From a virus: a stretch of DNA of 64,000 bases. The DNA lies in the IMG/VR virus record IMGVR_UViG_3300042396_000450, positions 47,624 to 111,623 of that record; one strand, written 5' to 3'. Of the stretch, positions 32,439 through 43,335 are shown one piece after another (position 1 is the first letter of the stretch; the number at the start of each line of letters is the position of its first letter). The position numbers and the translations under genes were made by a program. The notes beneath the pieces were generated by a model. It had not been told where the DNA came from and ran no database searches. It saw only the letters and a list, made by a program, of their open reading frames with translations.

Positions 32439-33570
32439 TATTAACCTCTAAATAATTAACGGAATCTTTTAGACGTAAGAAAAAAGTAGAGATGTGGTTT
32501 ATTACTTCATCTAAATCGGTAGATACACAACTGTCAATTGTATTTCCTATTTCGTCATCAATATCAGACATTGAATTAATATATAGTATGAATTTACGAT
32601 TATCATGAAAATGATAAATTCGTAAATTTATAGATTTGAATGAAGTTTTAAATTGAATACAATTAAGTTCATTATTTTCAGTAAACCACGTTAAATTAAA
32701 CGCACTATCTAACTTATCTTTAATTACAGTTACTTCATCATCAGTTATTTTATTTAACTTATCTCTAGTTAACTTAACTGTAGTTCTATGTGATTTGATT
32801 ACACTAGCTAAATCATTTAGATATTTATCTACTCCATCTAAATCATGTTGTAGATCGTAATTAACTCGTCTTTCTAATAACTCAAATAAGTTATCACTTT
32901 TAAAGTAAGCTACATTATCTTCATCTACTTCAATACTAGTTGCGGGATTATGTCCTATCTCATTAATCCACATAACACCATTATCTTCAATGGTTAATAT
33001 TACTTTATCTCCAGGATAGAATGAGTAATCTACATCTTCACCTCGACATTCAGGTAAATTACGTAATACTATTGCATTGTAAACTTGCATAATTAATTTC
33101 CTACAACTACTTCTATTTCATGTAACGTTAAACCACTTAATGTCTCAAATTGCTCACGTTTATCATAAGGTAATTTAATGCGGCAACTCATACTTCTACT
33201 TCTGTCTGCTAACCTATCATCACCCCATACAATATAACTAGTTAATTCTCCGTTACATTTAACTAACGCAATTATAAATCGCGCAGACTTATCCTTAGTT
33301 AGCGCAATTCCATCTAAGTCATGATAACTAGTTCTATCGAAGTTAATATTTTCAAGTCCTTTTGATTTAGCTATCTCATATAACTCAGCTAACTTAACTT
33401 GTACTTCAATATCATCAAACTTAAGTAATGTAAAGTAGAGATTAAATACATAATCTCTAGTTACATCATCTGAATCAATGTAAACGTACTTATCTTGATA
33501 GTAGATATTAATGAATGGATTACCTGGATGATTGTGAATGTATTGGTATGAATATGTCATGTTACTATTC

Positions 33571-34383
33571 CTATTTAACTAAATCTACTCGTTCTCCTAG
33601 AAACCCATATCGTTCAGCTTCAGTTTCCATTTGTTCCCAATCGAACTTAGCATTATCATAGTAGCAATTAACTAAGTTCTTCATTTTATCCCAATAGAAC
33701 ATTACAGCATCATCATTAAGATAATAGATAAATGGTGATCTGCAAGTTTCAGTAACTCCAATAATATATGCGTTACTTACTTCATGAATGCAATTAGTAC
33801 GTTGATTTATAGCAGCACAATAAGCAGATAATTGTAAGTAGTACCCAATTAGAGGATAATACTTACCACCATCTTTAGTTTGTGCAACTGGATATTTAGC
33901 TCTATTCCAGTTTTTCCAGTCCGCCACTGAATTAGATGAAGTAATAACCCCACTATCTCTACCAATGAACTTAGTGGTATCTACATTGCCGCACATATCG
34001 TATGTACCAGCAAATCCACGTCCAGTAGCTTCATCTACCCAATATGTCTTCTCTTCAACAGCTATGGGAGTTATGAAATCAAGTACAGGTAGAAACTTAT
34101 TGAAGAATACATCATCACTTGTTTGAGTTACGCTTGTTTTCTTACTCTTATAATAATCCTCGATTAATTTATGTACCTCAGTACCACGAGTTGCAGCAGT
34201 CTGTGTTATTTTATTAGCTTCAGCTTCACCTACACTAGCACGCCATTTAAGTAATCCCTCTTTAGGTTTAGCGTAGTTAATTAATGTAGTAACTGATTTA
34301 AATTTCTTAGTTGTTCCATCTAATTGATATGAACGACCTTCTACTTCATCATTTATTTGAGTTAACATATTAGTCTTATACAT
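33571..34383 (-). CDS. PD-(D/E)XK exonuclease (Cas4/RecB-like)
   Basis: SVTT, RGTEVHKLIE, FAGTYD, DWK, LQLSAY. Confidence 0.8.
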   Translation of the reverse strand: MYKTNMLTQINDEVEGRSYQLDGTTKKFKSVTTLINYAKPKEGLLKWRASVGEAEANKITQTAATRGTEVHKLIEDYYKSKKTSVTQTSDDVFFNKFLPVLDFITPIAVEEKTYWVDEATGRGFAGTYDMCGNVDTTKFIGRDSGVITSSNSVADWKNWNRAKYPVAQTKDGGKYYPLIGYYLQLSAYCAAINQRTNCIHEVSNAYIIGVTETCRSPFIYYLNDDAVMFYWDKMKNLVNCYYDNAKFDWEQMETEAERYGFLGERVDLVK

Positions 34384-34409
34384 ATTAAATATAAGACTAA
34401 TATATCACA

Positions 34410-34748
34410 TTACTTGGATTCTAAATGGAAATTATGAAATATACCAAGACGACCTATATCGTAAGAAACAGAGATGGATGACTTAGTTAATAAATCACCA
34501 AATTCACTGTAACTAACTTGATATTCATGTCGTTCATTAGTATCATCAACAACTACAATAGTGTACTTATCTGAACAACTTTCACCTAGATAGTTACCGC
34601 TACCATCGGAGTTAGGTGTACATGATTCCTCATGCCACTTATCAACTAGTACACCATTAATATTAGTGTGAGTTAATTCAGATGCGTCAATTGCAGTACA
34701 ACTAAATACAGTTAATATTACTATTATTAGATTTAGTATTAGTTACAT
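34410..34748 (-). pseudogene. Putative secreted/lipoprotein gene with TAA at codon 2
   Basis: ATG TAA then LILNLIIVILTVFSC TAIDASEL..., open to 34410; ATG overlaps the ssb stop. Confidence 0.55.
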
Positions 34749-35167
34749 TAATAACCACCACTAACATCTTCTTGTTGTTTAGCTACATTAGGCATTACTT
34801 TAGCTAGATGAAAGAAGTGATTAACCTTAGTATCTTTATATGCTTTACCTTCATATTCGCGTACTCCATTAGTAATCATGCCATGGAATACAACATTATT
34901 ACCCTTCTTGAATACTAACTTCTCAGATGGTGGTTTCTCAATAGCATCTAGAAACTCAGTAGATGCGCCACCGTTATCCCAGATTGTGAGATCATAAAAA
35001 TCTACAATGTTCTCATAATCACCCGCTTCATTTTTCTTACTTCCTGCGTTAGCTGCAATCTTAATCTTTGCAGTACGCTTCTCACCTTTAGGCTCAATAA
35101 CAATATCTGCTACTAAACGTCCAGCAATTGTAGATTCAGTACCAGATAGATAAAATTGATAAGCCAT
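34748..35167 (-). CDS. ssb: Single-stranded DNA-binding protein
   Basis: IAGRLVAD, IAAN, FYDLTIW, KKGNNVVFHG OB-fold pattern. Confidence 0.7.
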   Translation of the reverse strand: MAYQFYLSGTESTIAGRLVADIVIEPKGEKRTAKIKIAANAGSKKNEAGDYENIVDFYDLTIWDNGGASTEFLDAIEKPPSEKLVFKKGNNVVFHGMITNGVREYEGKAYKDTKVNHFFHLAKVMPNVAKQQEDVSGGY

Positions 35168-35519
35168 GATTCTTTGTTCCTTATTTAACTTTGTCGTTTG
35201 TTGTGCTTAGTCACCCCGCACGATGTTACTTCAACTATATTACCACAATAATCTAAAATTACATGGGACTATGACGACTAGGTCGATAATACTTCTTATA
35301 CCAAGTTATTAGTGTTGTTTTAACCCACTCACATTCAGTAGCGTTATTACAGGCAGCTTTACTAGCAGCAAAGTCAATTAACATTGCTTCAGTTATTTCA
35401 TCAGGTACAAAGTAATGATCACATAATACATCAGCAATGTATTTCAATACTGCGGGATTATTATGTTCTGCAACTACACTAAATAGAAAGTATTGAATTG
35501 GTAATGTTATCTTCATAAT

Positions 35520-36320
35520 TTAAATATCCAATATAGTTCTTAATGCACAATCTAGATAATTAACTTGGTTGCCTGTATAAACGTATTGACATTTACTATT
35601 ACGTGTAGGTTGTCCAAAACTACCACATCTAACAAACTGAGGAGCGCGTTTACTTAATGTAGTGGCATGAGTTAAGCTAACTCCTTTATGATTAAGATAT
35701 TCAACTACCGTAAAACTAACATCATCTGAATAATTATGTTCTAACTCTGCATCAATTACATCTTTAATACCAGGATTATTAATGTGAGCTTCTTCAATAG
35801 CATCTAACTTAGTTGTTCTAGATAATAGTTGTTTATTAGTTTCTTCTTGTTGTGTTAACTTCTCGTTCATTGAGTTAATCATCTTCATCATTTCAAATAA
35901 CATCTGATTCTGATTAATGTTATCTAATGTTTGATTATTATATTCCTCATCTGATTTAATTACGTTAAATGCTGTATCACATAGACGATTAATAGTTTCT
36001 TCTGTACCAGCAGCTAATAACGCTTGAGCTAAGGTATTACCTTTATTAGCCCAATATGTCCAGTAAGAAACAATAAGTTTAATAGGTACAGCGTTAAATT
36101 TAATACCAGGTCTACTGTCAATTTCAACTTCGACAAGGCTGGAATCCTTATGTGGTAAAGCTTCTGAGGATTTACCTGCTAAAAATTCGTTAAGGCTTGC
36201 AGGACGTTTATTTATTGATAATCCAGCTTGAGTTTGACTAAGTTTATACGTACCATCAGAAAGCATAAATACTTCTAAATCAACTGAACCGTATTTAATC
36301 GTAGTTCTTGTAGCTTTCAT
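35520..36320 (-). CDS. Antirepressor-like DNA-binding protein (shared C-terminal domain family)
   Basis: LEVFMLSDGTYKLSQTQ N-terminus, coiled coil, NPG...EYL..KG C-domain. Confidence 0.65.
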   Translation of the reverse strand: MKATRTTIKYGSVDLEVFMLSDGTYKLSQTQAGLSINKRPASLNEFLAGKSSEALPHKDSSLVEVEIDSRPGIKFNAVPIKLIVSYWTYWANKGNTLAQALLAAGTEETINRLCDTAFNVIKSDEEYNNQTLDNINQNQMLFEMMKMINSMNEKLTQQEETNKQLLSRTTKLDAIEEAHINNPGIKDVIDAELEHNYSDDVSFTVVEYLNHKGVSLTHATTLSKRAPQFVRCGSFGQPTRNSKCQYVYTGNQVNYLDCALRTILDI

Positions 36321-36324
36321 TTGT

Positions 36325-36600
36325 TTAATTCCTAATTAATGTAAATGTGAGACTAGTAAGAAAAATAGACTCCTTGGGAATGGCTGAAATGCCTGTGGTT
36401 GTCGCCTCCGCAGAAATGTGGAAGTCTAATTCCTCCACAAAACCACAATTTAGTAATGCTCTTTTACCTGTAGATTTATCATATCATGATAACCATGTCC
36501 AAGCATCTTCAAAATCAATTGGAAATTCTACTTCAGATTCAAGTAACTGTAATGCTAAATCTTGATTAAATTTAATTCTGTTTTCATCATTTACTTGCAT
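36325..36600 (-). pseudogene. Truncated antirepressor-like N-domain remnant
   Basis: MQVNDENRIKFNQDLALQLLESEVEFPIDFEDAWTWLS*YDKSTGKRALLNCGFVEELDF...KESIFLT; internal TGA at 36484-36486. Confidence 0.6.
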
Positions 36601-37363
36601 CCCATGTAATATCAGTTGACTTAGCATTACTTATCATTTGATTATGCAATTGGGTTATTTCATCACCTATTTTACATATATCGTATTGAAAATTAGTGTC
36701 TTTTTCACTATTCCAAACAAGATCAGAAATTACACAATTCTGTTTGTCTAATAGTTCAAGTATCTTAATTAATATCTCTTGTGTTTCCATGTGTTTCACC
36801 TATTACACTAGTTAATTCAATAATGTTCGCGCAATTAACTTAGTTCCATAGTTAGGAACTAGATATTTAGTAACGTAGTAATAACCACTGTATTAATACA
36901 ACAGTTATTGCTACGCCGTCATTAATTAGTAACTGATGTTCTAATTAAATATTGTGTTTCTCCATTTCCCAAACACGGTCATATACAGCTTGTAATTCAT
37001 CAGGTACATCATTATTATTATTCATAGCCTGAACCCAATTAGATAATGTATCTAATGCTTCATACATATCAGTTTGTTGCAATTGATTTAATTGCTCTAA
37101 TTGATGATTACTTAACAATTAAACAACTCTAACACCTTTTAACTTATCAATTAACTTATTATCTATATCATAATTTAGATAATCAGACACTTGTTCACTT
37201 AATACATCTAATTCTCCAACTAAACTAGCTAAATGAGATAAGTATCTTAACTTATCGTTAGTTGTAGTACCAATTCTATCTACATTAGCTAAGTTAGCAA
37301 TAGATGTAGCAAACTTAGATATTGCATTTAATGTAACTTCAAGTTGATTATCGTTCTCTATCA

Positions 37364-38212
37364 TTAGAAATTAACTCCATGTCCTACGTTAATAGTGAAT
37401 AGTCCATTATCCCGCCACATTCTTAATACCTGTGGTCTATCATCAATTACAGCATGAACATTATAAACATTCTTGATATACGCTTCATATATCTCCTGTT
37501 TAACTACACTATCCTTACGTTGATCAAGTTCAGCACGCATATACAACGCATCATATCTAATGTTATGTTTATCTAACCAACTAATAGTCTGATCTTTCCA
37601 AGTATCCTTACGTCCTGATACTAATACTATTTTATTACTTGGATAATACGACTTATATAACTCATAGACTGGTTCATTAAGTAGGTCATCCTCGCACGTA
37701 CTAGCATCATAGGGATTACGACCATTAAGTAGACTTAGAGTACCGTCAAGGTCAATTATGACGCAATCTGGAAGACCTTCTATTCTAGCTGCACTAGGAG
37801 GATCAACATACAGATATTTATCGTACATACCACGAATAACAGCTTCACCTACTGAGTTAGTTCGAGTTAGATCACGTTTAATGCACTCAGATAGAGGAAC
37901 GGTAAGAAAACTATCATTGATGATTAATTCAGCTTTACCTTCAATTAATGCGGCAATTCTAGTCTTATGCTTTGGACAAAGGTGCGTATTATCAAGTATC
38001 ACATTATACCCATTACTAAGTGCCTCTAGTATTAGTAATTCCTCACATTGAATAACAAACTTCTCATTTTTCTTACTGTATACGCCGTTGTCCATCATGG
38101 TGCGAATATCGTCTTTATTAATACGCTTCCATCCAGGTACATCGGTAACTAATTGTATAGCGTATGTAGTTTTACCAGATCCAGGTAAGCCAACTGTCAT
38201 AATTACTTGCAT
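37364..38212 (-). CDS. pseT: Polynucleotide 5'-kinase/3'-phosphatase (T4 PseT-like)
   Basis: GLPGSGKTT, RINKDDIR; HAD domain DLDGTL, VSGR, DDRPQV. Confidence 0.92.
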   Translation of the reverse strand: MQVIMTVGLPGSGKTTYAIQLVTDVPGWKRINKDDIRTMMDNGVYSKKNEKFVIQCEELLILEALSNGYNVILDNTHLCPKHKTRIAALIEGKAELIINDSFLTVPLSECIKRDLTRTNSVGEAVIRGMYDKYLYVDPPSAARIEGLPDCVIIDLDGTLSLLNGRNPYDASTCEDDLLNEPVYELYKSYYPSNKIVLVSGRKDTWKDQTISWLDKHNIRYDALYMRAELDQRKDSVVKQEIYEAYIKNVYNVHAVIDDRPQVLRMWRDNGLFTINVGHGVNF

Positions 38213-39279
38213 AATTTCATCAACTCCTCAAAATTCTTTAACAACAACTTAGATAGTGCTTCTTTAACTGACTTACTATGACCATCTCTAATTGAGAATA
38301 GGATAACTTTCCATTTGATGTTAGAGATAGCTATTGCAAACTGTTTCTTATCGGTGATTTTAGCGAACTCATTTAAATCATGTTCAATTAACTCACATAA
38401 CTTATTGTATTTAGTTAAGTAGTTATTGTAGATGCTACTAAATTCATGGAAGTAACTGATAAACTCATTACCTTCACCTGTTCTAACTAACTCTAATATG
38501 TCACGTTTGGTAACGCTTGATTTAATCCTATGATATTTAACATAATCATCGTGTTTTAATTTAACTCGTTTCCAAGTACACCATTCTACTATTACATAAC
38601 CTTCATTATGTAATCCATCTAACTTAACTAACTCATCTCTAACTTCATCTATAGTTAAACCATATTCAAGATAGTCAACTAACTTAAACGAAGTGAACTT
38701 AGGTTGTGCTATCGACTCCTCACGTAATGTAGTTCTATTTCTAACTCCAATTAAAGTTAATGAGTTACTACTATGTGATACAACTACTGGATTAAATGGT
38801 GTACATAACTCAAACATATACGTATAGTTAACATCAAAGTCATCTAATTTATATGATTCTTGCATAAATACAGTCCATGCAAGTTCAGCAAATGTAACAC
38901 TATAATCAAGTATAGTTCCACCAGCATCAGGAGATCCAGTAGTTGCAACTAACCATTCATCATTGTAGTAATACATAATGATTAGACTGCCATCTAACTT
39001 CTTATAAGCATAAGAGTTATCGAAGTCTATTTCTGCTGCACATGATTCACCATAGTTATAGAATCTATCAAATGGATATGCTACAACATTCCAATCATTA
39101 GCTTCATCTAATATTAATCCGCGACATTCAGTTACTATTGGATGATAATAGGGTGATGTAACATTCCAATAACATAATCCAACTAGATTAGGATATTTAG
39201 TATGTCGTCTAACTTGTATTCCTAATTCGGCGGTTAAGTCTTTTAATGACTTAGTTCGGAGATATTCTTGTACTAGCAT
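38203..39279 (-). CDS. RNA ligase 1 (T4 Rnl1-like)
   Basis: ECRGLIL, PFDRFYN, KLDGS, FEL, EGYV, KLK; adjacent to PNKP. Confidence 0.88.
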   Translation of the reverse strand: MLVQEYLRTKSLKDLTAELGIQVRRHTKYPNLVGLCYWNVTSPYYHPIVTECRGLILDEANDWNVVAYPFDRFYNYGESCAAEIDFDNSYAYKKLDGSLIIMYYYNDEWLVATTGSPDAGGTILDYSVTFAELAWTVFMQESYKLDDFDVNYTYMFELCTPFNPVVVSHSSNSLTLIGVRNRTTLREESIAQPKFTSFKLVDYLEYGLTIDEVRDELVKLDGLHNEGYVIVEWCTWKRVKLKHDDYVKYHRIKSSVTKRDILELVRTGEGNEFISYFHEFSSIYNNYLTKYNKLCELIEHDLNEFAKITDKKQFAIAISNIKWKVILFSIRDGHSKSVKEALSKLLLKNFEELMKLCK

Positions 39280-39739
39280 ATTGGTTGAATAAAGTTATCC
39301 CAACTACGATTTATTGAATAATTATCAGCTATATGTTTTAATTGTCGCTTAGTTTGTTGTCTGATTCTATGACGAATGTTACAAAGACGAGATTGATTAT
39401 AATATCTATTATCATTTGGACAACTTCCAAACTTAATTAACACGCGTTTATTGTTAATCATCATTAAAAAGTGCAGCTATTACTAACTGCACTAACTAAG
39501 TTAAATTTCGCTAACTACATCATATCTAGATTTAAAAGAATTGTATCTTCTAGGTTCTAGATGAAATGATGGTAACTCTATTAATCCACGACATTCATGA
39601 TAGACATAATTAGGACTTGATTGGCGAGATTCTACAACATGGATAACCTTAAATCCCGCATCATAAATTAATATAAGTCTATATGGATTGCCGGATCTAT
39701 CGTTATTACGACTAATTACTTGATATGCTACAGCATCGT

Positions 39740-40570
39740 TCATACAGGAATCTTCTTAGTTGCAGGTACAACTGGTAATGGATTACTACCTAATGATGTG
39801 AATATCTTATCCCAATGTACAGTTAACTCTTTAGTTGTTGGATCTAATTCACTAATCACAAATTCACTATTACGTAAATGTTCACTTCTAGCACCAGTAG
39901 CAATATTAGATTCATCAGTAAGAAAACTAATTATATTCTGATTCTTATTTTTCTTACTACGATACATATACCCAATAGCATCGGCGTTAGCTACTGTGTA
40001 TAATTTAAGACTTCCTGTTAACTGAATATCCTTCACATCTAACTCTGTTTTCTCATCAGACGTTACTTTAATGTGACCACTGAGAATAAGAGCTTTACCT
40101 GCTAAACCTTTAAATGGTTCAACGATGTCAATAAATGCCCGTCTAAGTAGACCATAACCAGCACCTTTAGGTAACTCAGTTACATCCTTTCCCGTGAAGT
40201 TCTTACCAATAGGCGACTTCTTATACTCGAATGTAGCCTTAGCAAGAGCAAGTGCTTCAATTGCAGTTAATGTATCAAGTGCAATGTAATCATATATGGG
40301 TTTACCAGCTTTAACGTTTTCAGCTTTAATTAACTTAGCTGTTTCTTCTAATAATGAACCTAAACCAGTACCGCTAGTAGCAGCTTCTTTGCGTAAGTTA
40401 AGTTTAGTACCATCATAATATTCACTACCATCTTCTAGGTCAATAAGTAGACTATTAGGTAATTTAAGTAAATTTGACGACTTACCTATTTTGGTATTAC
40501 TTAGTAACACTAAAATACGTGGATCTGTATTAGCTGCAACTGTACTTGTTCTTGGTAATATTAAAGCCAT
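39740..40570 (-). CDS. AAA_24 / Sak4-like recombination ATPase
   Basis: KIGKS, IDLEDG, IALDTLT, GAGY, LSGH, ADAIGY. Confidence 0.75.
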   Translation of the reverse strand: MALILPRTSTVAANTDPRILVLLSNTKIGKSSNLLKLPNSLLIDLEDGSEYYDGTKLNLRKEAATSGTGLGSLLEETAKLIKAENVKAGKPIYDYIALDTLTAIEALALAKATFEYKKSPIGKNFTGKDVTELPKGAGYGLLRRAFIDIVEPFKGLAGKALILSGHIKVTSDEKTELDVKDIQLTGSLKLYTVANADAIGYMYRSKKNKNQNIISFLTDESNIATGARSEHLRNSEFVISELDPTTKELTVHWDKIFTSLGSNPLPVVPATKKIPV

Positions 40571-40783
40571 GATAAATCTATCCTAATTGTTCTAAATAAA
40601 CTGGTTCAACTACGTCATTAATCTTAACTAAAGTACATTTAACATTTAGTGCTAATTGTATTTCAGCTACTTCACCATATAATACCACACTTTCAACAGT
40701 AGCTGTAGTATTTAGAAAGTGAACTCTATCGCCTTTAGTTAAGGTTTGACCATATTCACGTAACACGGTTGTCATTATCCACA

Positions 40784-41059
40784 TTAGAGTTTCTCCAGTA
40801 TGTCAAGGTAATTTAATTGAGGTTCATTAGTATCAGGTAACTCATTATATATATGCCACTCTACATCTTCAAAATGTCTATCAAAGTCATTTTCTAATTC
40901 ATCCTCATTGTCTTCTAAATCAGAAAAATCAGCAGATATCCTCCTAACACTGTAATGATTTATTTGAGCTTGAGTTAATCTATTATCTATTTCCTCAATA
41001 TTTCCACCATATACATTATGTTCAATCATCCAATCTCTAATATCTTTTTTAGTTATCAT
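40784..41059 (-). CDS. Small acidic protein, paralog of 41056..41307, C-terminal YLDILEKL tag
   Basis: MITKKDIRDWM...PQLNYLDILEKL. Confidence 0.75.
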   Translation of the reverse strand: MITKKDIRDWMIEHNVYGGNIEEIDNRLTQAQINHYSVRRISADFSDLEDNEDELENDFDRHFEDVEWHIYNELPDTNEPQLNYLDILEKL

Positions 41060-41307
41060 AATTTATCCAGTATGTCAAGATAGTTAATAGTAGGTTCACC
41101 GTCTGGTAAATTGTTATAAATACTATTTCCGATCTCTCTAAAGTAAGCATCAAACTTAGATTCCCAATTATCATCAAAGTTACATGATATACTTCTAAGT
41201 GTTGTATCACCTTTATCTCTTAGTCGTTTGTCTACTTTTTGAACACAATCAACATTATATACATTGTTATTAATCATCCAGTCTCTAACATCTTTCTTAG
41301 TAAACAT
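41056..41307 (-). CDS. Small protein, paralog of 40784..41059, C-terminal YLDILDKL tag
   Basis: MFTKKDVRDWM...PTINYLDILDKL. Confidence 0.75.
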   Translation of the reverse strand: MFTKKDVRDWMINNNVYNVDCVQKVDKRLRDKGDTTLRSISCNFDDNWESKFDAYFREIGNSIYNNLPDGEPTINYLDILDKL

Positions 41308-41309
41308 AC

Positions 41310-41582
41310 TTATCTCTCAACAGTTACAGTTAAACCTTCAGCTACCAATTGATCTCTACTTAATTCAGCAAACGGTTCGGTATATTCTCCTATTAGAGCT
41401 TTACCATTAAGATGAGCATCCATCATAATTTGATAACTCTTATCATTACTGAATCCCATAACACTACTTAATATCTCTACTACAACTTCAGCAGGAAATA
41501 TGCTGTCATCATGTAGAATCAACTTAACCATTGGAGCATTGTTAACAAATGTAAATGGCTCTCTATCTAATACTGCATTCAT
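41310..41582 (-). CDS. clpS: ClpS-like N-end-rule adaptor
   Basis: KLILHDD....EVVVEIL...IMMDAHLNGKA...AE...GLTVTVE. Confidence 0.8.
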   Translation of the reverse strand: MNAVLDREPFTFVNNAPMVKLILHDDSIFPAEVVVEILSSVMGFSNDKSYQIMMDAHLNGKALIGEYTEPFAELSRDQLVAEGLTVTVER

Positions 41583-41874
41583 GATAAAGTCTCCTCGTAA
41601 TTGTTTAATGCTACTTGATATACGAATAATGCAGCTATTTGACCACGTAATACTGCATTACGATTAATTATCCATTGTTGATAATCAATTTCAATGTAAT
41701 CTAGAGCAGGATCACTAGATTCTAATCGGAGTTGATGAAGACGATGATCTGCATTACGTTGAGCTATTTGTAATTCAATATCTCGAATTAAATACTCACA
41801 TTTAAGTATGGCAGTTCGGAGTCTACTTAATGTTAGAAATTTAGGAAACTCTGTCCAATTGATAGTTTTAATGT

Positions 41875-43335
41875 CTAGAAAGCGAGGGATTTTGATGCGT
41901 TGGTCTGTTCCAGTTGTAGTAGTAACCATGATATGACAGCCTCAATTCGTGTTTTAATAGTTGGATATTTGTCAGGTGTCGTGTTGTTGAATGATTTACA
42001 TTGAACTAATCTCCAATCAGTTATATTATCAGTTCTAGAATATTTACCTTGAGTAAATTCACAAGTAAATCTATACTTATCAATCCTAATACTGAAGATG
42101 CGGCGATTCTCATTAAGTGAATTAGAATAACCACCTACACAGTGATTATTGTATCTACCTTCATCTAGTAACTGAAATGACGTAACTAACTCAATTACTT
42201 CACATTCTAGGTAATGTCTATTAATTGGTAATGGAGTTACAAGTACCTTATTTAATCTAGTTTTAGCAGAGTTAATTTTTTCAGTTATCTTTAACTTAAT
42301 TAAATCAATACATAGAGAATCCGAATAAAAGTCATTCTCCAATATACCGATAACCCATTTACCTTCAACAGTAACTAGATTCTCAATGAACTTAAATAAC
42401 TCTAATTGTTTATCTAGATTAAGATACTTAAACCAATTAGTAATTTCATAATGTTCATTAGTAAACTTACCTAATCGCGCCAATTGAGTTTTCCAACCTT
42501 TTGGAAGAGTAAGAAAATAGGTATCATTAGTTATGCAAGCATTACATAACGTGTAGTATTTAAGTAACTCTAACCATTGTTCCTTCTGATGCTTCTTAAC
42601 TCCATTACCATATAGTCGTTGAAATACTATGTTCCAGTGTTTATCATTAAATGCTAATGACTTTAACTCAGGTATTACATAATTAGAAATAACTTCAATT
42701 GGTTTAGTATCAACTAATTTAAAGTAATTAGATATCAAATTCAACTCATCTTCATTAATAAATGATGGTACTTTAATAGCTGTTGGAGCATACCGTGGAT
42801 TAATATGTGCGATATAACCAACTATCTTATCTACATCTAAATAAGCATCGGGATATTGACGTTTCTTCTTCAGTAATCTAAATAAAGTAAATTTAGAGGT
42901 ATTGAAGTTAACTACTTCTATTTGTCGTGTTACTAGAAATGCCGCAAATTCTGGTCTATATATTAATTGTTTAGTAGCTAGATCAATACCAATCATGCAA
43001 CAATTAATATCGAATGTGTCAATGACATTAGTTAGTTTACTATTAATTGAATAAATATCAACATAGTTAATATTATCAACTCTACTAACATTAAAGATTG
43101 TAAAATGCTTATCTTGGTAATATAAGTTTTTAATTTTATGAGTTGTTCGATAATAGTCACAATTTTCTTGTATAACTAATCTAAATACATCTATATCACC
43201 ATACTCTGATTTAAGTCCAGTTACTGCACTATATACAATAGATGCAATTGCTCCACCAGCTACAACACCTTCATTTGGTAGTTCTGGTAATTGAGATAGA
43301 ATAAAGTCACTTGTGATAGTATCTAAAGTCATCAT
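41875..43335 (-). CDS. Nucleotidyltransferase-fold protein with a PcfJ-like C-terminal domain
   Basis: VAGGAI...GDIDVF...FDINCC N-domain; EGRYNNHCVGGY...IFSIR C-domain. Confidence 0.65.
   Translation of the reverse strand: MMTLDTITSDFILSQLPELPNEGVVAGGAIASIVYSAVTGLKSEYGDIDVFRLVIQENCDYYRTTHKIKNLYYQDKHFTIFNVSRVDNINYVDIYSINSKLTNVIDTFDINCCMIGIDLATKQLIYRPEFAAFLVTRQIEVVNFNTSKFTLFRLLKKKRQYPDAYLDVDKIVGYIAHINPRYAPTAIKVPSFINEDELNLISNYFKLVDTKPIEVISNYVIPELKSLAFNDKHWNIVFQRLYGNGVKKHQKEQWLELLKYYTLCNACITNDTYFLTLPKGWKTQLARLGKFTNEHYEITNWFKYLNLDKQLELFKFIENLVTVEGKWVIGILENDFYSDSLCIDLIKLKITEKINSAKTRLNKVLVTPLPINRHYLECEVIELVTSFQLLDEGRYNNHCVGGYSNSLNENRRIFSIRIDKYRFTCEFTQGKYSRTDNITDWRLVQCKSFNNTTPDKYPTIKTRIEAVISWLLLQLEQTNASKSLAF

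Noticed and set aside
35168-35258. T4 gp32-like autoregulatory RNA structure upstream of ssb
   Set aside because: Only a 4-bp stem (gtgc/gcac) is visible, which is insufficient
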